This document shows, one piece after another, positions 9,889 to 18,941 of a stretch of 64,000 nt of DNA. The position numbers were made by a program, and so were the translations under genes. The notes beneath the pieces were generated by a model. It saw nothing but the letters and a program-made list of their open reading frames with translations. It searched no databases and was not told where the DNA came from. Numbering within the stretch: the stretch's first letter is position 1; each line of letters begins with the position of its first letter. The DNA is from Pseudomonadota bacterium (GTDB lineage: Bacteria; CALINM01): NCBI GenBank assembly GCA_026418415.1, contig JAOABK010000001.1:7080-71079 (forward strand). The letters run 5' to 3'.

Positions 9889-10674
9889 GTGAAAAAAATA
9901 ATACTTCTTTTCCTTTTATTTTTTTCAATTGCAAAGTTTAGTTTCGCTTTTAGTAAGATGGAAGGTGGTGATTGTAAAAGTTGCCATAAAATTACAAAAG
10001 AAGAAGCAACAAAGATATTGAATCAGTTAGATCCTAACATTAAAGTTGAAAAAATAGGATATTCTGAAGTTAGTGGAGTTTTTGAGCTTTTTGTTAAAGA
10101 TAATAAATCTAAAATGGGTATCGTATACTTAGATTTTAGTAAAAAATATCTTATAATTGGTAATGTTATTGATATTGCTGGCAAGAAAAGTCTTACAGAA
10201 TCTGCTTTAGAAGAGCAAAGACAGATTGATGTTAGTAAAATTTCTGTGAAAGACGCATTAATTATGGGTAATAAGAATGGAACCAAAAAGGTTTATGTTT
10301 TTAGTGATCCAGAATGTCCATACTGTTTTAAATTGCATCAAGAGCTTGAAAAATTAATTAAAGAAGATAAACAACTTCTTGTATATATTATCTTGTTTGG
10401 TCTTGATATCCATCCTAATGCACAGTGGAAATCAGAATCTATTATTTGTAAGTCTAAAGAAAACATGGAAGAAGCAATAAAAATGTTAGAAAATAGTTAT
10501 GAGGGTAAAGAAATACAGAAAATAAATTGTGGTAAAAATTATGCCGATTCAAATAAAAAACAGGCAAATAGTTTTGGAATAAGTGGCACCCCTGCAATTG
10601 TTTTACCAAATGGTAAGGTTATTTCAGGTTATAGAACTAAGGATGATTTAAAGAAGATGTTAAATTCTAAATAG
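9889..10674 (+). CDS. DsbC/DsbG-like periplasmic thiol:disulfide interchange protein with N-terminal CxxCH motif
   Basis: GTG start, signal peptide, and a thioredoxin fold with CPYC active site (SDPECPYCFK). A CKSCH motif follows the signal peptide. Confidence 0.75.
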   Translation: MKKIILLFLLFFSIAKFSFAFSKMEGGDCKSCHKITKEEATKILNQLDPNIKVEKIGYSEVSGVFELFVKDNKSKMGIVYLDFSKKYLIIGNVIDIAGKKSLTESALEEQRQIDVSKISVKDALIMGNKNGTKKVYVFSDPECPYCFKLHQELEKLIKEDKQLLVYIILFGLDIHPNAQWKSESIICKSKENMEEAIKMLENSYEGKEIQKINCGKNYADSNKKQANSFGISGTPAIVLPNGKVISGYRTKDDLKKMLNSK

Positions 10675-10714
10675 AAGGTGCTTTAACTGGGTTTAGTTTA
10701 GATAATGATTTATA

Positions 10715-10787
10715 TGGAGATGAGGGGAGTCGAACCCCCGACCCCCGCATTGCGAACGCGGTGCTCTCCCAACTGAGCTACATCCCC
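10715..10787 (-). tRNA. tRNA-Ala (anticodon CGC)
   Basis: The reverse complement folds as a 73-nt cloverleaf: GGGGATG/CATCTCC acceptor stem with G3:U70, T-loop TTCGACT, and anticodon loop TTCGCAA. CCA is not encoded. Confidence 0.85.
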
Positions 10788-10819
10788 TATAAGTTTTATA
10801 TGATACATGATTACTATAT

Positions 10820-11647
10820 TTATTTCAACACATTGTCAATTTTAGACTTGAAATGTTTTATCTTTGAAGAATTTTTATTAGTGAGGGCCAATTCATAAGC
10901 AGATTTATAATAGTATAAAGCTTTGTCTTGCTGACTTTCCATTAAATAAATATTTCCTAAAAATTCTAAGTCCCAATATATATAATCTAATAGGTTAAGA
11001 GATCTGTCGATATGTAATGCTTCATCAATAAGAGAAATCGCACCCTTGATGTTTTTGTCTTTTAAATCAATTAAAGATAATATTTTTAGTGTGAAGGATT
11101 TTTCTATTAAAAGATTTTTTTTGTTCGAGATTTTTAATGAATCCTTAGCAAAATTTTTGGCTAAGGTTAAATTGTTATTTTTTAAATGATTTAGAGATTT
11201 TATAATGTTTATGCCCGTTAAAACCTCTTCTGGATAATTTATATCTTCCTTTAATAGGGAATTTAGAAGATTAGTGTTTTGAGTTATGTAAGCAATGAGG
11301 ATTTCATAATATTTAATATAGGGGATCATATTAGGGGATTCCCTGATTGATATCTCCCTTGCAGTATCTAAATTTTTTTGTGCATTATCAAAACTACCGG
11401 TTCTAATTTCATAATTTGTTTTAAGCAGGTATGCTCTTATCTTTAAATCAGGAATATTTGTGGCTATTGATAGGTTTATTGATGTTTCTATAAGTTCTTT
11501 TAAATCAAAATCTTCACTGGCAAGACTCTTTTCAGTCTTTTCTATGACTCTTTCAGTTTCCTTTACAATATTAGCTTTTGGTAATTCTGTTTTTTGTGCA
11601 CAACCAAATGTTAAGTAAATAATGATGGAAAAAATAATTAGTCTCAT
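10820..11647 (-). CDS. TPR-like repeat lipoprotein
   Basis: Lipobox LTFGC and alpha-helical repeat composition. It overlaps mlaD by 4 nt. Confidence 0.5.
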   Translation of the reverse strand: MRLIIFSIIIYLTFGCAQKTELPKANIVKETERVIEKTEKSLASEDFDLKELIETSINLSIATNIPDLKIRAYLLKTNYEIRTGSFDNAQKNLDTAREISIRESPNMIPYIKYYEILIAYITQNTNLLNSLLKEDINYPEEVLTGINIIKSLNHLKNNNLTLAKNFAKDSLKISNKKNLLIEKSFTLKILSLIDLKDKNIKGAISLIDEALHIDRSLNLLDYIYWDLEFLGNIYLMESQQDKALYYYKSAYELALTNKNSSKIKHFKSKIDNVLK

Positions 11648-12648
11648 TTATCCTTACCCTCGTTTATTTGGGGTAATAAAAATGCCGGTGGTATAAGTGA
11701 AGGAGGTGTTTTAGGTGGGATGTTACCTTTTATAAACCAGCTTTTCTTAATTGATTCTGTAATATCATCGACATTATCAGCAATAATTTCAGCTTTATCA
11801 AGCATAGTTCCTATACGAGGCGATTGCCTTGAAATATCTTTAGCTATTTTGTTTATTTCTTCTAAAGATCTTTGTGTTTCATCAAGTATAAGTGGAATCT
11901 TATTATTAATTGTTTTTGTAAGGCTCTCAATTTCTTGTAGAGAATTGTCCACAGATTTTGTAAGTTTTGGTAATTCTTCTGATGTTTTGTTTATGTTTTT
12001 CAATGCCTCTTCAAGCTCTTTTAAAGATCTTTTAGCTTCTATAATTCTTTTTTGTAGTTCTTCATTAGTAGTTCTAAGCTCTTCTGTTAAGTGAGCGGTA
12101 TTTTTCAAAATTTTTGTTACATCACCCTGTGGATTTACAATATATTCAACGAAGTTTTTTACATCTAAAGCGACTGGCTTTAGTTCTTCTACCATTTCTT
12201 TTGCTATATCTTCTAATCCCTTTGTTTTCGCGAAAGTTATTTGGTCTCCATCTTTAAGCTCTGGCTTATCCATTGAACCAAAAGTAATTTCAATTATTGT
12301 TTCTCCTATATATCCCTCTTTTTTTATAGTCGCCGTTGAATCTTGCCTTATCCATTTTAGGTACCTTTTTTTAATTTCCATTTCAACACGAACGTGGGCA
12401 GTTTCATCTAATGTTATGTTTGATACACGACCTATTCTAAATCCAGCAAGTTTAACTGGCATATTGACTGAAAGTTCAAAAGCAGTATCGTGTATAAAAT
12501 ATAAGTGAACTGTTTTTGCAAAAATATCTTTAATCTTTCCAAGTTGATAAATAACAATAAGTAGAATTGTTAAAGATATAGTGATAAATACGAAAACTTT
12601 TTTACCAATATGTTTGAATCTTGGATCTATATCCTGTATGGTAGCCAT
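11644..12648 (-). CDS. MlaD-like MCE-domain protein with C-terminal coiled coil
   Basis: N-terminal TM helix followed by an MCE domain (VNMPVKLAGFRIGRVSNITLD) and a long coiled-coil tail. Confidence 0.8.
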   Translation of the reverse strand: MATIQDIDPRFKHIGKKVFVFITISLTILLIVIYQLGKIKDIFAKTVHLYFIHDTAFELSVNMPVKLAGFRIGRVSNITLDETAHVRVEMEIKKRYLKWIRQDSTATIKKEGYIGETIIEITFGSMDKPELKDGDQITFAKTKGLEDIAKEMVEELKPVALDVKNFVEYIVNPQGDVTKILKNTAHLTEELRTTNEELQKRIIEAKRSLKELEEALKNINKTSEELPKLTKSVDNSLQEIESLTKTINNKIPLILDETQRSLEEINKIAKDISRQSPRIGTMLDKAEIIADNVDDITESIKKSWFIKGNIPPKTPPSLIPPAFLLPQINEGKDK

Positions 12649-12657
12649 ATAATAACC

Positions 12658-13311
12658 TTATTTTAAACTTATAATTTTGTCAAATTTAAAATCCTCGGGA
12701 ATATGGGTTTTTTGCCTAAATGTCATAATTGTTATTCTATCTTTATTAGTATTATGAAAGTCAATGATTTGTTTAAGGTAAAAGTCTCTATATTCTCTAT
12801 TAGAATCATCTATAATATGTGAATAATACACCAAGTTTGCATCAGATAAAAAAGCCCTTGCTAAAAGACCACATCTTTTTTCATGATTTGTTAAATAGGC
12901 AGGAAGTTTATTGTAAGAAGATTCTATACCTAATTGCTTTAATATTTCATATGCTTTGTTGAACAAAATATTTTCAGATAAATTTGAATGATATAGTAGG
13001 GGTAGATAAATGTTTTCTATAAGTTTCAAATTACTTATTAAAGGTAAGTGTGGTGATACATGAATCTGTGTTTTTAGAATTTGAATAATTTCTGACTCAT
13101 GAAGGTCTTTGAATTCAATATTTTTTATGCTTGCATAACCTTCATATTCCCTATTGATGAAGAAAAGAAAGTAAAGTAATGCGAAGTCGTAAAGGTCTCT
13201 TGTAATAATTATTCCTATTTTCTCACCGCTATTTATTGTTAAATTTAGTATTGGCATTTTTTCGTTTTCGTGTATTATAGTGCAATCTCGAAATTCGTAA
13301 ATTATTCCCAT
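12658..13311 (-). CDS. MlaF-like ABC ATPase homolog with degenerate catalytic motifs
   Basis: It aligns to MlaF across its length, but every catalytic motif is altered: Walker A GPSGxGKT to ITRDLYDF; signature LSGG to LTNHEKR; Walker B DEP to SHIIDD; H-loop SHD to TFRQ. Confidence 0.6.
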   Translation of the reverse strand: MGIIYEFRDCTIIHENEKMPILNLTINSGEKIGIIITRDLYDFALLYFLFFINREYEGYASIKNIEFKDLHESEIIQILKTQIHVSPHLPLISNLKLIENIYLPLLYHSNLSENILFNKAYEILKQLGIESSYNKLPAYLTNHEKRCGLLARAFLSDANLVYYSHIIDDSNREYRDFYLKQIIDFHNTNKDRITIMTFRQKTHIPEDFKFDKIISLK

Positions 13312-14087
13312 AACACAACCAACATATCAAGGAAAATGTTTATTATAAAAACATAATAGAAACACTTAAGTACTGCTTTAGTTGTTAGCTGAGGGATTTC
13401 TGTAACACTTTTTTTAATCACAAGTCCATAAAAACAACAAATGGTAGATATGATTAACCCAAAAAACATTGCTTTCAATAGAAGTAGGACTAAATCAAAA
13501 GGTGAGATTCTATAAAAAAAGGTATTAAAAAAATCTTCTGTAGCGATATTTGTAAAAAGATAAAGGGAAATACCACCGCTTAGAATAGACATGAAAGTAG
13601 CGATAATTGTTAGACATAGTAGAGAAATTATAAAGCTTGCAATTCTACTAAATATTAGTGAGTAAATATAATTTATTCCTAAGCTTCGAAGTGTTAAAAA
13701 CTCATTATTTATTTTCATTAAATTTAATTCAGAGGTTATAGCGGAACCACTTCTTGTTATTGTTACTATTGCCATTAAAAGGGGAATGGTCTCACGAACT
13801 AATCCAATATTAATAATATTTGTTATAGTGGACAAATCGCCTATACCTGTTATAAAGGATGCAATTTGTGTAACTACCACCATACCCATGAATATGCCAA
13901 TATATATAGTTATGGGTATTGCTTGAATACCTGTAAAGTAAATCTGTTTTTTGCTTACATTTATAAATAGATTGATGCCTCTTGGAAAATTTGTGAAAAA
14001 ACCCTCTAAACAAATATATAGGAATGAAGCTAAATTATAAGTAGTTCCAAATATTCTTTCAAAAAGGAAGTCAAGTATTCTTTTCAT
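13302..14087 (-). CDS. MlaE-family ABC transporter permease
   Basis: 261 aa and polytopic. It carries the conserved MlaE/Ttg2B region (GIQAIPI..., TRSGSAITSELNLMKINNE). Confidence 0.8.
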   Translation of the reverse strand: MKRILDFLFERIFGTTYNLASFLYICLEGFFTNFPRGINLFINVSKKQIYFTGIQAIPITIYIGIFMGMVVVTQIASFITGIGDLSTITNIINIGLVRETIPLLMAIVTITRSGSAITSELNLMKINNEFLTLRSLGINYIYSLIFSRIASFIISLLCLTIIATFMSILSGGISLYLFTNIATEDFFNTFFYRISPFDLVLLLLKAMFFGLIISTICCFYGLVIKKSVTEIPQLTTKAVLKCFYYVFIINIFLDMLVVLWE

Positions 14088-14091
14088 TTCT

Positions 14092-15810
14092 CTATTTGCG
14101 TTTTATTCTAATTAATTTTTCAAAATCTTTTAAGTGCCTCGAATTTACTATGTCGTCACATGTTAACCATGCTCTTCTTGCCTGTCCTATACCATAGATC
14201 ATCATATTTAACTGTATTGAATTGTGAGAGTCGGTTCCTATACAGAACTTAACACCGTATTCTTTGGCAATTCTTGCGTTTATATCATTTAAATCAAGCC
14301 TGTCGAAATATGCATTAATTTCAAGGTATGTGTTAGTCTTTGATGCCCCTTTGCACATTTCTATAATATTCACATTATAGGGATCTCTTGAATTAATTAT
14401 TCTTCCAGTAGGATGAGCTATCATAGTTACATAAGGATTTTCCATGGCACTTAAAACTCTTTTTGTTATCTTTTTTTCATCATCTTTGAATCCAGAATGG
14501 ATTGAAGCAATAACAAAGTCTAATTTTTTCAAAATTTCATCAGAATAATCAAGAGAACCGTCGTGTTTTATATCTACTTCAGAACCTTTAAATATTTTGA
14601 AAGGCGCTAATTCTTTATTTAACTTATCTATTTCTTCCATTTGTTTATAAAGCCTTTCTATTTCAAGTCCCTTGGCAATTTTTAAACTCTGGGAATGATC
14701 TGTTATTACTATATATTCATAACCTTTTTTAATTGCTGACTCTGCCATAGCTCTTATAGTTTCACCACCGTCACTATATGTAGAATGAACATGGACATCT
14801 CCCTTAATATCTTTGTATCCAATAAGCTCTGGTAATTCATTTTTTTGAGCAAGTTCAATTTCGCCATTATCTTCTCTCATTTCTGGTGGTATCCAAACTA
14901 ACCCTAAGGTTCTGTAGACAATATCTTCATCTGGACAGGGGATTAATTTGTCACCTTCAAAAACTCCATATTCATTTATTTTTAAACCTTTATCTTTGGC
15001 AATACCCCTTAATTTAACATTATGATTTTTTGAGCCGGTAAAATACTGGAGGCAAGCACCAAAGGAAATATCATCGACTACCCTAAGATCTGCTTGTATT
15101 CCTGATGTCAGCAAGACGGAACTCTTTGTTTCCCCTTCTGAAAGTATTTCTTTAACCAGAGGAAGCTTCGTAAAACTTTTTATTATTCTTGCTGGATTTT
15201 CGCCTGAAGCGAGGATATCAATATCCCCTATGGTCTCTTTCATTCTTCTGAAACTACCAGCTACTTCTGCTCTTATAACCCCTTCGATTTTTTTAACGTC
15301 TTCGAGTAGCTTGGATATGTCTTCATAGATTAGTCCTATGGGATGTCTAAAGGTTTGTTCTTTAAATCTAAGTAATCCTTTAAGAATATTTTCCTCCTTT
15401 TTTGGGCCAAAGTTAGGTAAATTTCTTAGCATTTTATCTTCACAGGCTTTGATTAATTCGTCAAAATTTGTAATATGTAATGTTTTGTAAAGGGTTCTCA
15501 AAGTAACTGGACCTATGTATGGAACAGATAGGAGCTCTAATAAACCCTCTGGTATTTTAGAACGATATTCTTCATAAGCGCTTATTTTCCCCTTATCTAA
15601 ATATTCACCAACCTTTTGAATTATGCTTTCTCCTATGCCCTTTATCTCAGACAATTTGCCAGATTTATATAAATTTTCTATATCTTCTGGTAGTCCGTAG
15701 ATAATTTGTGATGCTCTTTTATATGCCCTTGCTCGAAAGGGGTTTTCACCGAGAAATTCCAGCATATCTCCCATTTCGTCAAAGATCTTTGCTATCTCTT
15801 TATTTTTCAT
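14092..15810 (-). CDS. DNA polymerase X family protein with C-terminal PHP domain
   Basis: Pol beta-like HhH and palm domains (GIGESI, GSFRRMKETIGDIDIL) plus a PHP domain (HVHSTYSDG ... HP). Confidence 0.85.
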   Translation of the reverse strand: MKNKEIAKIFDEMGDMLEFLGENPFRARAYKRASQIIYGLPEDIENLYKSGKLSEIKGIGESIIQKVGEYLDKGKISAYEEYRSKIPEGLLELLSVPYIGPVTLRTLYKTLHITNFDELIKACEDKMLRNLPNFGPKKEENILKGLLRFKEQTFRHPIGLIYEDISKLLEDVKKIEGVIRAEVAGSFRRMKETIGDIDILASGENPARIIKSFTKLPLVKEILSEGETKSSVLLTSGIQADLRVVDDISFGACLQYFTGSKNHNVKLRGIAKDKGLKINEYGVFEGDKLIPCPDEDIVYRTLGLVWIPPEMREDNGEIELAQKNELPELIGYKDIKGDVHVHSTYSDGGETIRAMAESAIKKGYEYIVITDHSQSLKIAKGLEIERLYKQMEEIDKLNKELAPFKIFKGSEVDIKHDGSLDYSDEILKKLDFVIASIHSGFKDDEKKITKRVLSAMENPYVTMIAHPTGRIINSRDPYNVNIIEMCKGASKTNTYLEINAYFDRLDLNDINARIAKEYGVKFCIGTDSHNSIQLNMMIYGIGQARRAWLTCDDIVNSRHLKDFEKLIRIKRK

Positions 15811-16836
15811 TTAGCTTTCTTTTTTTAAGTAAAGTCTTTGTTCTGGTAGAGGTATCTCAATCTTTTCTTCCTTAAATCTTTTAAAAATTCTTTTTCTCAT
15901 CTCATGGATTACAGGGAATTGGTCAGTAAACTCTTTCACATGAATAACTACTGTAAAATCTAAAGAGCTGGGACCAAATCCCGGGAACAATCTTACTGTT
16001 GGTAATGGATCTTCTAAAACACCAGAAATTTCTTTTGTTGCTTTCATAGCTTCTTCTAATAATACTCTTTCAACCTTTTCTGGATCAGAACTATAACTTA
16101 CACTTACAGGTATAAAACATGCCATCCTTTTTTCTGGAAGATAGTAATTTGTGACAACACTTTGGGCTAATTTGCTGTTTGGTATCACAACCATATTGTT
16201 AGGAAGCATTCTTATTCTTGTTGTTCTCCAGGTGATGTCTTCAACATAGCCTTCTTGTCCAGTTTCAAGCCTAATGAAATCACCAACCCTAATTGAGCGT
16301 TCTACTAAAATGTGAATCCCAGCAAAAAGGTTTGCTAAAGTGTCCTGTAATGCAAGAGCCACCGCTAAACCGCCAACTCCTAAAGCTGTTATAATGGGTG
16401 TAATAGATATTCCAAGAAAACTTAAGATCATTACAAAGCCTATTACAATTATAGTACCCTTTAAGATGCCGTAAAATAAGCCAGTAGTTGGGAGAGGAAG
16501 ATTTGACTCTATTATGTAGTTTTTATATATCTTGCCAGCTAAATTTGCTACCGCTATAGTAATTGAGAAAATTATTATTACATTAATGATTTTGCTTGTT
16601 AAAGAAGAATATTTCACAGGTATTTCTGCTAAACTAATTGCTATGTAAATTCCAATAGCAATGCACCAGTAAATAGAAGGAGTTTTAATTGATTTAATAA
16701 TTATATCATCAATTTTTGTTTCTGTTCTTGAAGCCCAAAGGTGTAAGAACTTGAAAGATATACTTCTTATTATTAATAAAATTATTATGGAAATGATTCC
16801 TATCGAAATGGGTAAAAAAATTTTCAGATCTTCCAT
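15811..16836 (-). CDS. Mechanosensitive ion channel MscS family
   Basis: TM3 and beta domain signature DTLANLFAGIHILVERSIRVGDFI...GYVEDITWRTTRIR. Confidence 0.85.
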   Translation of the reverse strand: MEDLKIFLPISIGIISIIILLIIRSISFKFLHLWASRTETKIDDIIIKSIKTPSIYWCIAIGIYIAISLAEIPVKYSSLTSKIINVIIIFSITIAVANLAGKIYKNYIIESNLPLPTTGLFYGILKGTIIVIGFVMILSFLGISITPIITALGVGGLAVALALQDTLANLFAGIHILVERSIRVGDFIRLETGQEGYVEDITWRTTRIRMLPNNMVVIPNSKLAQSVVTNYYLPEKRMACFIPVSVSYSSDPEKVERVLLEEAMKATKEISGVLEDPLPTVRLFPGFGPSSLDFTVVIHVKEFTDQFPVIHEMRKRIFKRFKEEKIEIPLPEQRLYLKKES

Positions 16837-16905
16837 TGCCTATCACCCCTATAATTTTAGAGTATATATGAACAAATATGGCAAAGCAATACATTTGAAT
16901 CAAAA

Positions 16906-17967
16906 TTATTTAAGATTAAATGCAGGTATTTGCTGGGTCAGGCAGTGTATTGAGCCTAAACCAATTATAATATCAGAACAATCTATTCCAATAACCTTTT
17001 TATTTTTAAAAACTTTTTTAAGGATTTCCAAAGCCCTTTCATCATTTTTTGATTTAAAAGTGGGAACTAAAACTGAGTTATTAGTAATATAGAAATTAGC
17101 ATAGCTTGCTGGAACACGTTCATTTCTATAATATTGTGGTTCTGGCATTGGCAGTGTTATGATTTTAAAAAAGTTACCATTTAGGTCAGTAAAGCTTTTT
17201 AATTTTTGTAAATTTTCCTTTAATATATCGTAATTTTCATCCTTTGTATTATCCTCTATAACAGTAACTATAGTATCTGATGATACAAAACGGGCAATAT
17301 CATCAATGTGACCATCAGTATCATCACCTACTATACCTTCTTTAAGCCATAAAATCTTATCAACTCCTAAATAAAGTTTTAAATGATTTTCTATCTCTTC
17401 TTTTGATAAATGGGGGTTTCTATTTGGATTTAAGAGACACTGTTCAGTGGTCAGTAATACCCCATTACCATTTACATCTATAGAGCCACCTTCTAAAACC
17501 ATGTCAATTTTAAATGTTTCAACTTTAAGAAAATCAGTCATTAACTCTGGAATTTTTTCATCAAGGTCGTGGGGGTATTTCCCACCCCATGAATTAAACT
17601 TCCAGCATGTTCCTGCAATTTTATTTGTTTTCCTGTTTAAAACAAATATTGCTCCATGGTCTCTACACCAGGCATCATTAGTTGGATAATGATGTATAAA
17701 TATTTTTCTAAAATCCACTTTTTTAGCTTTAAGTCTTTCAATAAGATCCTGTTCCATATCTTTGTCATTAACATTAATGTGCACATATTCATCCTGTGAA
17801 ATGTGATAAATAATTTCAGCATAAGCGTCTCTTACTGAATCCATCCGCTCAAAAAAGGTTAGAGGATTGTGTGGATATGAAAGCCAAGTTCCATAATGGG
17901 GATACCATTCAGGAGGCATTATATAACCTAACTCTTTTGGATATTTTATGTCATTCTTTCTCATCAA
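16906..17967 (-). CDS. aguA: Agmatine deiminase
   Basis: Agmatine deiminase-family motifs MPPEWYPHYGTWLSYP and ICWDQ. It overlaps the upstream gene. Confidence 0.75.
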   Translation of the reverse strand: MMRKNDIKYPKELGYIMPPEWYPHYGTWLSYPHNPLTFFERMDSVRDAYAEIIYHISQDEYVHINVNDKDMEQDLIERLKAKKVDFRKIFIHHYPTNDAWCRDHGAIFVLNRKTNKIAGTCWKFNSWGGKYPHDLDEKIPELMTDFLKVETFKIDMVLEGGSIDVNGNGVLLTTEQCLLNPNRNPHLSKEEIENHLKLYLGVDKILWLKEGIVGDDTDGHIDDIARFVSSDTIVTVIEDNTKDENYDILKENLQKLKSFTDLNGNFFKIITLPMPEPQYYRNERVPASYANFYITNNSVLVPTFKSKNDERALEILKKVFKNKKVIGIDCSDIIIGLGSIHCLTQQIPAFNLK

Positions 17968-18856
17968 TAAACCTTTTTAAAATACCTTGATAACTATCTA
18001 TCCGTCTATCTCTAAAAAAGGGCCATATTGTTCGTTTTTCTTCAATCATTGATAAATCGATTTCAGCGGATATGAGTGCTTCTTTATTAACTGGGGCTTT
18101 CTTTATTATTTCTCCATAGGGATCACATATAAAACTACTTCCCCAGAACTCTATCCCTTCATTTAATTCTGGGAATTTTTCATATCCTGTTCGATTGATC
18201 GAGGCTACGAAAACACCATTTGCTATAGCATGTGATCTTTGGATTATCTCCCAAGAATTATATTGCTTTTTGCCAAGTTTCTTTTTTTCAGAAGGTAACC
18301 ATCCAATGGCAGTTGGATAAAAAAGTATTTTTGCACCCATAAGAGATGTTATTCTTGCAGATTCAGGATACCATTGGTCCCAACAAATTAAAACACCAAT
18401 AGGCGCATATTTTGTTTTAAAAACTTTATATCCTAAATCACCTGGGGTAAAATAAAACTTTTCATTAAAATGAGGATCATCAGGAATATGCATTTTCCTG
18501 TATAAACCAATTATACTACCATCAGCATCAAAAACGATAGCTGTATTATGATATATGCCTTCCGTTCTTTTTTCAAAAAGAGAAGCTATGATAACAACTT
18601 TATTTTTCCTGGAGAGCTTTGATAATACTTTTATGTGTTCATTTTTTTCATTAATCTCTTCTGCCCATTTAAAAAATTCTGTATTCTGGATTTGACAGAA
18701 ATATAGGCTTGAGAAAAGCTCTTGTGTACTGATAATATTGGCGCCAGCATCACATAATTGTTCGATAGAGTTTAATGTTTTTTTGAAATTAACCTCTCTA
18801 TCTTCTACACAAGATGATTGTATTAAACCTATTTTTAGAATGTTTTTGTTACCCAT
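17951..18856 (-). CDS. aguB: N-carbamoylputrescine amidase (CN-hydrolase superfamily)
   Basis: Nitrilase-superfamily Glu/Lys/Cys triad region (KIGLIQ ... VLICWDQWYPE). It is adjacent to aguA. Confidence 0.7.
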   Translation of the reverse strand: MGNKNILKIGLIQSSCVEDREVNFKKTLNSIEQLCDAGANIISTQELFSSLYFCQIQNTEFFKWAEEINEKNEHIKVLSKLSRKNKVVIIASLFEKRTEGIYHNTAIVFDADGSIIGLYRKMHIPDDPHFNEKFYFTPGDLGYKVFKTKYAPIGVLICWDQWYPESARITSLMGAKILFYPTAIGWLPSEKKKLGKKQYNSWEIIQRSHAIANGVFVASINRTGYEKFPELNEGIEFWGSSFICDPYGEIIKKAPVNKEALISAEIDLSMIEEKRTIWPFFRDRRIDSYQGILKRFIDEKE

Positions 18857-18907
18857 AAAGTTTAATATATTAGCAGAATAATTTCTTATTTTAAAGTTGA
18901 AAAAGAA

Positions 18908-18935
18908 AGAGGGTCTATTAGGACCCTCTTTTTAG
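18908..18935 (-). terminator. Rho-independent terminator hairpin (bidirectional-looking)
   Basis: AGAGGGTC-tattag-GACCCTCT stem-loop followed by a T-run. It lies between the stop of the GltB-like gene and aguB. Confidence 0.5.
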
Positions 18936-18941
18936 ATATAT

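Noticed and set aside
10675-10819. The tRNA-Ala locus as a possible integration hotspot or genomic-island boundary
   Set aside because: No integrase, no direct repeat of the tRNA 3' end, and no compositional shift on either side. The flanking genes are housekeeping (dsbC-like, Mla operon).
11720-12094. 124-aa plus-strand ORF antisense to mlaD, and similar antisense ORFs at 10023-10286, 19267-19638, 33527-33892, 38715-38996 and 40095-40376
   Set aside because: These are shadow ORFs within confidently called genes on the opposite strand, with Ser/Leu-rich low-complexity translations.
16709-17092. Two small overlapping ORFs (64 aa on the minus strand, 113 aa on the plus strand) in and around the mscS-aguA junction
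   Set aside because: The plus-strand ORF overlaps the aguA 3' end on the opposite strand, and the minus-strand one overlaps the mscS start. I recognise no motifs and there is no convincing ribosome-binding site. They are probably spurious.
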